Below, in pieces: positions 1 to 9,102 of a stretch of DNA of 59,273 bases. Each line of letters opens with the position of its first letter. Position 1 is the first letter of the stretch. Where the stretch lies: contig JBHIEE010000003.1 of assembly GCA_046760445.1 (NCBI GenBank), forward strand, positions 1-59,273, read 5' to 3'. The stretch is from Candidatus Aminicenantia bacterium (GTDB lineage Bacteria; Acidobacteriota; Aminicenantia; JdFR-78). The position numbers and the translations under genes are program-made. Below the pieces are notes generated by a model. It searched no databases. It worked only from the letters and a program-made list of their open reading frames with translations, and had not been told where the DNA came from.

Positions 1-236
1 AAAGCAAGTAATTACGACTTAGAAGAGCGAACTTATCAGTTTGCTAAAAATATAGTTCTTTTTTGCAAGAAATTGCTTCTATAATAGAGAAATCATGATA
101 ATCGGTTTGGATATTGGAATTTGCTTGCCCTGGAGCATGCGAAGCATTGGTATAGGGGAATTTATTTGATATTTGGTGTTTGATATTTGGGGTTTTAACT
201 TAGGTGGAGGTGAAGCACAAAGACAGGATATGAAAG
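1..236 (+). mobile_element. Partial four-helix-bundle-associated repeat element: truncated gene remnant, heptamer right arm and GGAGGTGA-type end
   Basis: 1-76 matches 52931-53006 at 75/76 nt and encodes KASNYDLEERTYQFAKNIVLFCKKL, then a stop. The TTTGGATATTGGAATTTG...TTTATTTGATATTTGG arm follows. 206-236 resembles 38000-38030. Confidence 0.75.
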
Positions 237-293
237 TCCTGGCCCGTGTTTGATTTTTATGTCTGAAAAAACTTATATTAAGGAGGAGGTTTA

Positions 294-3125
294 ATGAAAA
301 AATTTACTATTATTTTGTTTGTCTTACTAATTAGTGTTACTTTTCTCTTAGCTCAAGATAAGCTTCAAGTCAAAGCTCAGGAAACCAAATATTCAACCAC
401 GGAGAAGCCAACTGATCCAATTACTCGACTAGAATCCTTTGAGCATCATTTCGCTCTAAAAAACAATTCTCTATTCAAAAACCTAAAATGGAGATCAGTC
501 GGCCCTCAAGTTCAGGGAGGTAGAATTGTTGATTTGGCTATTCCCAAAGGGAACCATTTCATCATTTATGCCGCTACTGCGTCAGGCGGCCTGTGGAAAA
601 CAGAAAACAATGGAACTACCTGGGAACCGATTTTCGATAACGAATCTTCAATAACCATTGGCGATATTGCTGTTGCTGATTCTGATCTCAATATAATTTG
701 GGTTGGTACTGGAGAGAATAATAGCAGCCGAAGTTCCTATTCCGGGACAGGAGTATTTAAGTCCACAGATGGTGGTAAAACCTGGCAGAATATGGGATTA
801 ACTGATACTCATCACATTGGTCGGATTGTTATCCATCCTGAAAATCCAGATATAGTCTATGTAGCTGCGATTGGACACTTATATACAGATAATGAAGAGC
901 GAGGAGTGTTTAAGACTCCAGATGGAGGTAAAAATTGGGAGAAAATATTATATATTAGTGATAAAGTAGGAGCGATTGATTTGGTTATGGACCCTTCAGA
1001 TAGTAATACTCTGTACGCTGCAGCTTGGGAGAGGAGTAGAAAAGCCTGGAATTTTGTTGAAGGTGGTGAAGAAAGTAGAATATACAAGACTACAGACGGT
1101 GGCAAAACTTGGAAGCAATTGACCAATGGTCTTCCTGCTGGAGAAAATGTGGGTCGGATTGGATTGGCGATTGCTCCTTCTAATCCTAATGTTATCTATG
1201 CATTAATTGATAATCAAGCTAAACGTCCAGAAGAGAAACCTGAAAAGAAAAAAGAAAAAGAAACATCAGGCATTACTCTCGAGCAGTTGGAGAAAATGAC
1301 TTCAGAAGAATTTCTTAAACTTGATCCCAAGAGAATTCAGCTCTTTTTGAAAGAGAACAATGTTCCTAAAGAATATAGTGCAGAAATGATAATTGATTTG
1401 GTTAGAAAAGGTCAGCTTGACCCTCCAACCATTGCTCAATATCTGCTTGATGCAAACCGGAGATTATTTGAGACAAACATTATTGGAGCAGAAGTCTATC
1501 GCTCTGATGATGGAGGTGAAACATGGCGAAAAATGAATGAAAAATATATTGATAATTTCTGCTACACTTATGGTTATTATTTTGGTAATATTCGTGTTTC
1601 TCCTGATAATGAGAATCAAATTTATATTCTTGGTGTACCTCTCTTAACTTCTAATGACGGAGGAAAAACTTTTCAATCAATTGGAGGAAGAGGTGTTCAT
1701 GCTGACCATCATGCTCTTTGGATTGACCCTAAAAATCCTGATCGGTTAATTGACGGAAATGATGGAGGTTTAAATTTTTCTTATGACCGGGGCAAGACTT
1801 GGCAGAAGATTAATAATTTACCTATTGGTCAGTTTTATACGATAACCGTTGATATGGAAAAACCATATAATATTTATGGTGGCTTACAGGACAATGGAGT
1901 AATGTATGGACCCAGCAATAGTATTCCTGGTGTTACTGATCCTTGGAAAACAATTTATGGTGGCGATGGCGCCTATGTTCAGATTGACTCTACTGACTCA
2001 AATATAGTCTATGCTGAATCTCAATTTGGAAATATATCAAGAATAAATAAAAAAGATGGCACCAAAAAAAACATCAAGCCTAAGGCTAAAATTGGTGAAA
2101 CTCCTTTAAGATATAACTGGCAAACTCCTTTTCTTATTTCCCATCACAACCCCTTTATTCTCTATTATGGAGCCAATAAATTATTTAAATCATTGGACAG
2201 GGGAGACCATTGGTGGCCTATTAGTGATGATTTAACCACTAATCTTCAACCTCAAGGAGACGTTCCTTATAGCACAATTACCACTATTTCTGAGTCTCCA
2301 ATTCGCCCTGGATTACTCTATGCTGGCACTGATGATGGTAATCTCTGGGTGACTAAAAATGATGGTGCTACCTGGGAAAAGATAAATCAAGGTTTACCCA
2401 AGAGATGGGTTAGCCGGGTCGAAGCTTCCCGTTTTGATGAAGGGACTGTTTATGTCAGTTTCACTGGATACAGAAATGATGATTTTGAAAAGTATCTTTT
2501 CAAATCTACTGATTATGGAAAAACCTGGGTTTCCGTTGCCAATAATCTTCCCTCAGAACCAATTAATGTTATAAGAGAAGATCCAAAGAATAAAAATATT
2601 CTTTATGTTGGGACTGATTTAGGAGTTTACATCACCATTGATGGCGGTCAAACTTGGCATTCTCTTTGCAATAATTTGCCAACCATTGCTGTTCATGATT
2701 TAATAGTTCATCCCAGAGATAATGATTTGGTGATAGGCACTCATGGTAGAAGTGTTTATGTTATGAATATTGAAAATATTCAGAAATTTGATGAAAAAAT
2801 ACAGGCTAAAGATGTTTATTTATTTGATATCAAGCCCGTAAAACTGAGAAGATATCGGTATGCTCCACAACCTCAGGCTGAGATTTATTATTATTTGAAA
2901 GAAAGTCAAAAAATACGAATTTCTATTCTCGATGATTCTGGAAAAGTGATTAGAAGACTTGAAGGAACTAATGATCCAGGATTTAATCTTGCTATCTGGG
3001 ATTTGAGGGTGGAAGACAAAGGTGAAAGAAAACAGTATGTTAAACCAGGAACCTATACTGTTGAACTTGCAGCTGAAAAGATTAAAATAAAGAAAAAAAT
3101 TGAAGTTCAGCTGTCCAAAAATTAA
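294..3125 (+). CDS. Secreted VPS10/BNR (Asp-box) repeat beta-propeller protein, glycosyl hydrolase-like
   Basis: Signal peptide, many SxDGGKTW Asp-boxes, C-terminal FlgD-Ig-like tail, AGGAGGAGG RBS. Confidence 0.85.
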   Translation: MKKFTIILFVLLISVTFLLAQDKLQVKAQETKYSTTEKPTDPITRLESFEHHFALKNNSLFKNLKWRSVGPQVQGGRIVDLAIPKGNHFIIYAATASGGLWKTENNGTTWEPIFDNESSITIGDIAVADSDLNIIWVGTGENNSSRSSYSGTGVFKSTDGGKTWQNMGLTDTHHIGRIVIHPENPDIVYVAAIGHLYTDNEERGVFKTPDGGKNWEKILYISDKVGAIDLVMDPSDSNTLYAAAWERSRKAWNFVEGGEESRIYKTTDGGKTWKQLTNGLPAGENVGRIGLAIAPSNPNVIYALIDNQAKRPEEKPEKKKEKETSGITLEQLEKMTSEEFLKLDPKRIQLFLKENNVPKEYSAEMIIDLVRKGQLDPPTIAQYLLDANRRLFETNIIGAEVYRSDDGGETWRKMNEKYIDNFCYTYGYYFGNIRVSPDNENQIYILGVPLLTSNDGGKTFQSIGGRGVHADHHALWIDPKNPDRLIDGNDGGLNFSYDRGKTWQKINNLPIGQFYTITVDMEKPYNIYGGLQDNGVMYGPSNSIPGVTDPWKTIYGGDGAYVQIDSTDSNIVYAESQFGNISRINKKDGTKKNIKPKAKIGETPLRYNWQTPFLISHHNPFILYYGANKLFKSLDRGDHWWPISDDLTTNLQPQGDVPYSTITTISESPIRPGLLYAGTDDGNLWVTKNDGATWEKINQGLPKRWVSRVEASRFDEGTVYVSFTGYRNDDFEKYLFKSTDYGKTWVSVANNLPSEPINVIREDPKNKNILYVGTDLGVYITIDGGQTWHSLCNNLPTIAVHDLIVHPRDNDLVIGTHGRSVYVMNIENIQKFDEKIQAKDVYLFDIKPVKLRRYRYAPQPQAEIYYYLKESQKIRISILDDSGKVIRRLEGTNDPGFNLAIWDLRVEDKGERKQYVKPGTYTVELAAEKIKIKKKIEVQLSKN

Positions 3126-3169
3126 TTGACTGAGATAAATCTAAAATTAAAGATTCAACAGGAGGTAGT

Positions 3170-4642
3170 ATGAAAAAACTATCATTTATTGTACTCCTAA
3201 TATTTTTTGGGGCAACCCTTCTCTTTGCCCAGACATCTTTTGATTTTGATAGGTTTTTTATCAATAAGACAATGCGGATTGATTATTACCACATTGGGGA
3301 TGCCAAGCAGGAATTTGTTACTTTGGACAAGGTCTATCAACAAGGAATCTGGGCAGGAAGCACGAAGAACCTCATTGATTGCTTTAACAATGGTCGCTAT
3401 TATGTCAAGATTTATGATTATTCTACTAACCAGATGATTTTCTCTAAGGGATTCGACAGCTATTTTGGGGAATACAAAACCACTAATGCAGCTCTTAAAG
3501 GGATTAAACGAACTTATCATGAGACAGTTCTCATTCCTTATCCCAAAAATAAAATTCAATTTACTCTTGAGGTGCGAGATCAGGATAATATGCTGCATCA
3601 GCTTTTCAGCCAGATAATAGATCCTAAGGGAGTTGATATCATTCGGGAGTCTCCTGTACAAGAAGTTAAAGTTTTCGAGTTCTTAAAAAGTGGTCATCCT
3701 CACAGAAAGGTGGATATTGCCTTTATTGCTGAAGGATACACTGCTTCGGAGGAAAGGAAATTCCGTTCAGATGTTCTTCGACTGCTCAAGGTCTTCTTCA
3801 ATCATAAGCCTTATAAATCTCGCAAGGACAAATTCAATATTTATGGAGTATTTAAGCCTTCTGATGAAAGTGGATGCGATGAGCCAACTTATGGAAGTTT
3901 TAAAAACACAGTTCTTAATTCAACTTTTAACTCTCTTGGTTCCCAGAGATATTTACTAACTGAAGATAATAAGAGTCTTCGGGATATTACTGCTTGTGTT
4001 CCTTATGATGCTCTATATATTCTTGTCAATACCAAGCGCTATGGTGGAGGAGGGATATATAACCTTTACTGCACAGTAATAGCTGATAATCAGTGGACTA
4101 ACTATGTTTTTCTCCATGAATTTGGTCATTCCTTTGCTGGTCTGGCGGATGAATATTATACTTCTACTGTTGCCTATAATGAATTCTATCCTCGAGGTGT
4201 GGAGCCGGTTGAGCCGAATATCACTGCCTTACTTGATCCAGAGAATCTAAAATGGAAGAATCTCTGCACTTCTGGGATTGAGATTCCTACTCCCTGGGAA
4301 AAAGAGGCTTTTGATCAGATGGATATGGAATATCAAAAGATTCGTCAAAAGATTAATAAAAAAATTGCTAAGATGAAGCGTGAAGGGGCTCCTGAATCTG
4401 AAGTCAAAAAAATAGAAGAAGAATCCGAAAGATTGTCTCGAGAACATGCTCAAAAAGTGGATGATTTCTTAAAGAAAAGTAAATATGCTGGCCAGGTGGG
4501 CACTTTTGAGGGAGCAGGGTATTCAGCTAAAGGACTTTATCGTCCAATGGTTGACTGCATCATGTTCACTAAAGGGGTTAAGCCTTTCTGTACGGTTTGT
4601 CAGCAAGCAATAATTCGAGTGATTAACCATTATACCCAATGA
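3170..4642 (+). CDS. Peptidase M64 (IgA peptidase family)
   Basis: Signal peptide, KTMRIDYYHIG N-terminal domain, HEFGHSFAGLADEY zinc motif, C-terminal CIM...FCxVC. Confidence 0.9.
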   Translation: MKKLSFIVLLIFFGATLLFAQTSFDFDRFFINKTMRIDYYHIGDAKQEFVTLDKVYQQGIWAGSTKNLIDCFNNGRYYVKIYDYSTNQMIFSKGFDSYFGEYKTTNAALKGIKRTYHETVLIPYPKNKIQFTLEVRDQDNMLHQLFSQIIDPKGVDIIRESPVQEVKVFEFLKSGHPHRKVDIAFIAEGYTASEERKFRSDVLRLLKVFFNHKPYKSRKDKFNIYGVFKPSDESGCDEPTYGSFKNTVLNSTFNSLGSQRYLLTEDNKSLRDITACVPYDALYILVNTKRYGGGGIYNLYCTVIADNQWTNYVFLHEFGHSFAGLADEYYTSTVAYNEFYPRGVEPVEPNITALLDPENLKWKNLCTSGIEIPTPWEKEAFDQMDMEYQKIRQKINKKIAKMKREGAPESEVKKIEEESERLSREHAQKVDDFLKKSKYAGQVGTFEGAGYSAKGLYRPMVDCIMFTKGVKPFCTVCQQAIIRVINHYTQ

Positions 4643-4834
4643 GGCAATCTCTTTAGAGCTTTCATTATCTTGACTTAGGATGGGAATGTTGTTATTTTAT
4701 GAAAAAATAAAAAGCTTCGAACTCAGTTAAAGATATCAAATATAGTAATTGTTAAAAAGAAAATGAAGAGAATAATGATAAAAGATTTCGTATATCCATC
4801 CAAATTAAAAAAATACGAAGTTCGTATGTAATAA

Positions 4835-5945
4835 GTTAGATGAAATTGCGGCCCTAATAAACAGCCATGGTGTAAAGGAAAAAAGGGGGTTTTGATGTCG
4901 AGCCAAGTCCTATTGTGGGTTGTCTTTAACATTTTCGTGCTTGCGATGCTAACTTTGGACCTGGGGGTTTTCCATCGTAGGGCTCATGTTATTAAGATCA
5001 AAGAAGCACTCGCGTGGAGTGCTTTCTGGATTGCCCTGGCTCTTCTCTTCAATCTGGGAGTTTACTTCTGGCGTGGTCCAGAGACGGCGCTCGAATTCCT
5101 GACTGGTTATCTGATCGAGAAGTCTCTTAGCTTAGACAACATCTTCGTCTTTTTGCTGATCTTTTCCTACTTTCGTGTGCCCTCTCTTTACCAGCATAAG
5201 GTTCTTTTTTGGGGTATTCTCGGTGCGCTCATCATGCGAGCGATTTTCATTGCTACGGGTGTAACGCTGATCCAGAAGTTTCACTGGGTTATCTATATTT
5301 TCGGAGCATTTCTGATTCTGACCGGCATCAAAATGGCCTTACAGAAGGGCAAAGAAATCCATCCAGAAAGGAATCCAGTGCTCAGGCTCTTCCGCCGATT
5401 TATGCCTGTCACGGATCGCTATGAGGATGGTAAGTTTTTCGTGAAGAGAACTGGCCTTTACCTTGCCACGCCGTTGTTCATTGTGCTGCTGGTTGTTGAA
5501 ACTACAGACCTCATTTTTGCAGCAGACTCGATCCCTGCCATCCTTGCCATCACGTTAGATCCATTTATTGTGTACACCTCGAATGTGTTCGCTATTTTAG
5601 GATTACGTGCGCTCTACTTTGCATTGGCTGGTATTATGCAACTGTTTCACTACCTCCATTATGGGCTTTCTGCTATACTTGTTTTCGTGGGGGTTAAGAT
5701 GCTACTTGCTGACATCTACAAGATTCCGGTTGGCATCGCTTTAGGTGTGATAGCCAGCATTCTACTTATCTCCGTGATAGTCTCCGTTGTTCGACCGCGC
5801 AAGATAGAGATCGTCCCAGCGCCCGCCGATCCTCCAGGAGAGGAAACGAATCCTAATCGTGCGCATCAGAGCAAGGATGAATTGTGAGCCAACCGCCGAT
5901 ATTGTTCCTTGATGCAAGCAACATAAGGCCGCAACTTCATCTAAC
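4835..5945 (+). mobile_element. Probable degenerate solo integron gene cassette carrying terC
   Basis: GTTAGATGAAATTGCGGCC (4835-4853) and GGCCGCAACTTCATCTAAC (5927-5945) are 18/19 inverted complements. They start with GTTRRRY and end with RYYYAAC. The enclosed gene is visibly GC-richer than its flanks. Confidence 0.6.
4895..5887 (+). CDS. terC: TerC/Alx family membrane protein (Mn-efflux/tellurium-resistance family)
   Basis: EFLTGYLIEKSLSLDNIFVF and ETTDLIFAADSIPA motifs, multiple TM helices. ATG 4895 preferred over TTG 4892. Confidence 0.92.
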   Translation: MSSQVLLWVVFNIFVLAMLTLDLGVFHRRAHVIKIKEALAWSAFWIALALLFNLGVYFWRGPETALEFLTGYLIEKSLSLDNIFVFLLIFSYFRVPSLYQHKVLFWGILGALIMRAIFIATGVTLIQKFHWVIYIFGAFLILTGIKMALQKGKEIHPERNPVLRLFRRFMPVTDRYEDGKFFVKRTGLYLATPLFIVLLVVETTDLIFAADSIPAILAITLDPFIVYTSNVFAILGLRALYFALAGIMQLFHYLHYGLSAILVFVGVKMLLADIYKIPVGIALGVIASILLISVIVSVVRPRKIEIVPAPADPPGEETNPNRAHQSKDEL

Positions 5946-6133
5946 ATCGGAGTCTGTCGAAAAACTGAGTTAAAATGACTTGTCTTTTTCATTTAAACTA
6001 ACTTATTTAAAGTTATTTCCACAACTTAATTCTCTGTAATGCAATAAGCAACTTTTTATTCATTTCTTCCTTTTAACTATCATCGAACATCCAAATTACC
6101 TTCTTCCCAGTCATTTACCCATATTTAATTGTT

Positions 6134-6162
6134 TTGACATTTTTGAAAACCTATTTTAAAAT
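6134..6162 (+). promoter_or_regulatory. sigma70-type promoter
   Basis: TTGACA-17-TAAAAT upstream of the S9 peptidase. Confidence 0.65.
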
Positions 6163-6194
6163 TAAATGAAAATTTCATTTTGGAGGAGGTGGAT

Positions 6195-8180
6195 ATGAAA
6201 GGACTAATTAAATCTAAATCTTTCATCTTGGCTCTATTTATTTTATTTTCAATATCTTATGCCGTTGAAGAGACCCCCAAATATCTTACTGTGAATGATA
6301 TTTTGGACATCAAAAATGTGACAGAAACCCAGATTTCACCAGATGGGAAGTGGATATTGTATGTGGTTTCAGAAGCTGATTTTGAGCAAAATTTATATAA
6401 TTCTGATATCTGGCGAGTATCAGCTGAAGGAGGAGAGCCAGTTAAAATGACCAACAGCCCAAAAGTAGATTATTCCCCTCGTTGGTCACCTGATGGCAAG
6501 AAAATTGCTTTTATTTCTGGCAGAGAAGAAAAGAATCAAGTCTGGATTATTAATCCATTCGGTGGAGAGGCTGAAAGATTGACCAATTCAAAGACTGGAG
6601 TTAAATCTTTTGAATGGTTCCCTGACAGTCAGAAAATCGCCTATTTAGCCGCGGATCCTCCAACTGAGGAAGAGGAAAAGAAGAAAAAGGAAAAAGATGA
6701 CGCTTATCTCGTTGACAAGGATTTTAAGATGACTCATATCTGGGTTATTGACTTAGAAAAAAAAGAAGAGAAAAAAATTACCTCAGGAAATTTTGATGTG
6801 ATAAATTTTTCTATCTCTCCAGATGGAAAAAACATTACTTTTGCATCTCGGCCTACTCCCAAGGTTCCAGATTATTTCAATTCTGATATATTTATCGTTT
6901 CCTCCTCTGGTGGAGAAATAAAAGACATTGTTGTTCGAGAAGGAGTTGATACCAATCCCCGTTGGTCACCTGATGGACAAAAATTAGCCTTTATTTCTAA
7001 TAATAGGGGAGATTGGATTTCCAATACATACCTTTGTTTGGTTGATCTTGAGACAAAAGAAATTAAAACTATATCTCAGGAGTTTGATGAAAGAATCAAT
7101 GCCTTCTGGTGGGATGATCAAGGAAAGTATTTATATTTCAATACTAATAAAAGGATTTATCGTCACTTATTCAAAATTTCTGTGGAGGAAGGAAAAGCTC
7201 AACAATTAACTCCGGATGATGGTTACTATAGTTCATTCAGTTTTAATCAAAATTTCAAATGGATGAGTTTCATTAAACAGAATCCTTTATCTCCACATGA
7301 TGTTTATTTATCTTTAGTAAAAAAATTTATTCCTCGAAGACTGACTGAAATTAATCCCCAGATAAAGAATTTTGTTCTTGGGAAAACCGAGATAATTCAC
7401 TGGAGAAGTTCAGATGGAATGGAAATGGAAGGATTGTTAGTTAAACCCGTTAATTACACAGAAGGAAAGAAATATCCTTTATTAGTTATTGTCCATGGAG
7501 GACCAGCTGGGGTCTTCAGTTACCGATTTTTACCACGAAGGAGTGCTTATCCAATTCAAACAATGGCTGGGCTGGGGTATGCTATATTTATGCCTAATCC
7601 TCAAGGAAGTGGTGGATATGGGGAGAATTTCAGACGAGCCAATATTCGAGATTGGGGATTTGGTGACTATCAGGATATAATGACGGGAATAAATTATTTG
7701 ATTGACCTGGGAATTGCTGATCCTGAGAAATTAGGTATTATGGGCTGGTCTTACGGAGGTTATATGACTTCATGGGTGATTACTCAGACAGATAGATTTA
7801 AGGCAGCTTCTGTTGGTGCTGGGGTTACCAATGCCTACAGTTTTTACGGTCAAACAGATATTCCTGAGTTTATGGAAAATTATTTTGGTGCTCAACCCTG
7901 GCAGGATATAGAGGAATATGAAAAGCATTCAGCTATGTTTCACATTCAGAAAGCCCGGACCCCAACTTTGATTCAACATGGCGAAAAAGACTTAAGAGTG
8001 CCATTACCTCAAGGCCAGGAGCTTTATCTCGGACTCAAGAAAAATAATGTCCCAGTAGAATTTGTCATTTATCCTCGTCAAGGTCATAGTATCAGAGAGC
8101 CGAAACTTCGGAGGGATTCGATGGAGAGAAATATCAAGTGGTTTAATAAATGGATTCTTCAGACAGAGGAAAGAGACTAA
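6195..8180 (+). CDS. S9 family peptidase (dipeptidyl aminopeptidase/acylaminoacyl peptidase) with PD40 repeats
   Basis: GWSYGG nucleophile, D-x-R-V, GH near C-terminus, WSPDG repeats. ATG 6195 follows GGAGGAGG. Confidence 0.92.
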   Translation: MKGLIKSKSFILALFILFSISYAVEETPKYLTVNDILDIKNVTETQISPDGKWILYVVSEADFEQNLYNSDIWRVSAEGGEPVKMTNSPKVDYSPRWSPDGKKIAFISGREEKNQVWIINPFGGEAERLTNSKTGVKSFEWFPDSQKIAYLAADPPTEEEEKKKKEKDDAYLVDKDFKMTHIWVIDLEKKEEKKITSGNFDVINFSISPDGKNITFASRPTPKVPDYFNSDIFIVSSSGGEIKDIVVREGVDTNPRWSPDGQKLAFISNNRGDWISNTYLCLVDLETKEIKTISQEFDERINAFWWDDQGKYLYFNTNKRIYRHLFKISVEEGKAQQLTPDDGYYSSFSFNQNFKWMSFIKQNPLSPHDVYLSLVKKFIPRRLTEINPQIKNFVLGKTEIIHWRSSDGMEMEGLLVKPVNYTEGKKYPLLVIVHGGPAGVFSYRFLPRRSAYPIQTMAGLGYAIFMPNPQGSGGYGENFRRANIRDWGFGDYQDIMTGINYLIDLGIADPEKLGIMGWSYGGYMTSWVITQTDRFKAASVGAGVTNAYSFYGQTDIPEFMENYFGAQPWQDIEEYEKHSAMFHIQKARTPTLIQHGEKDLRVPLPQGQELYLGLKKNNVPVEFVIYPRQGHSIREPKLRRDSMERNIKWFNKWILQTEERD

Positions 8181-8253
8181 TCATTCCTTTAATTTCTTTA
8201 AATTCCATTAGGAACTAATTTTTGAGATACTGAGAAAAGAGGAGAGAAAGAGA

Positions 8254-9102
8254 ATGAGATTATTAACTTCCTTAGCTAAAACATTTGTCGCTGGTGAAAC
8301 CCAGGATGAGGCAATTAAGGTGGTCAGAAAATTAAATGAAAAGAATATCATGGCTACCCTTGATGTCTTGGGCGAGAATGTCGAGAAAAAAGAAGATGCT
8401 GAAAAAGCTGTTCAAGCTTATCTTGATCTTCTTGACAAAATCAAAGATTCAGAGGTTCAGTCTCATGTTTCTTTGAAACTGACTCAGATGGGTCTGGATA
8501 TTGATGATGAATACTGCTATCAAAATATGGTTGAAATTGTTAAGAAAGCAGAAGAAAATGACAATTTTGTCCGGATTGATATGGAGGGTTCCCATTATAC
8601 CCAGCGAACACTAAATATTTTTTTTCGGCTTTATAATGATTTTAAAAATGTGGGCATCGTCATTCAAGCTTATCTTTATCGGAGCGAAAAAGATATTCAG
8701 GAATTAAATAAGGTGAAAGCTAAAGTCAGATTATGCAAAGGAGCTTACAAGGAGCCTTCGACCATTGCTTTTAAAAAAATGAGAGATGTGAGAAAGAACT
8801 TTATCAAATTGGATGAGTCTTTATTACTTGAAGGAAATTACCCGGCTATAGCCACCCATGATGATTTGTTAATTGAAGCCACCAAGGAATTTGTTAAAGA
8901 AAACGGAATCTCTAATGACCAATTCGAGTTTCAGATGCTTTATGGAATCAGAACCAAGACTCAGGAGAGATTGGTTCAAGAGGGCTATAATATTCGAGTG
9001 TATGTTCCTTTTGGTACTCACTGGTTACCTTACTTTTATCGGAGATTGAGGGAAAGGAAAGAAAATGTCTTTTTTGTATTGAAGAATTTATTTAAGAAAT
9101 AA
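8254..9102 (+). CDS. Monofunctional proline dehydrogenase
   Basis: FVAGE, SLKLTQMGL, RIDME, RLCKGAY, ATHD, FQMLYG, YFYRRLRER. Confidence 0.93.
   Translation: MRLLTSLAKTFVAGETQDEAIKVVRKLNEKNIMATLDVLGENVEKKEDAEKAVQAYLDLLDKIKDSEVQSHVSLKLTQMGLDIDDEYCYQNMVEIVKKAEENDNFVRIDMEGSHYTQRTLNIFFRLYNDFKNVGIVIQAYLYRSEKDIQELNKVKAKVRLCKGAYKEPSTIAFKKMRDVRKNFIKLDESLLLEGNYPAIATHDDLLIEATKEFVKENGISNDQFEFQMLYGIRTKTQERLVQEGYNIRVYVPFGTHWLPYFYRRLRERKENVFFVLKNLFKK

Noticed and set aside
4650-4894. yybP-ykoY Mn riboswitch expected upstream of terC/alx
   Set aside because: I could not find its conserved motifs by eye. An Rfam scan would be decisive.
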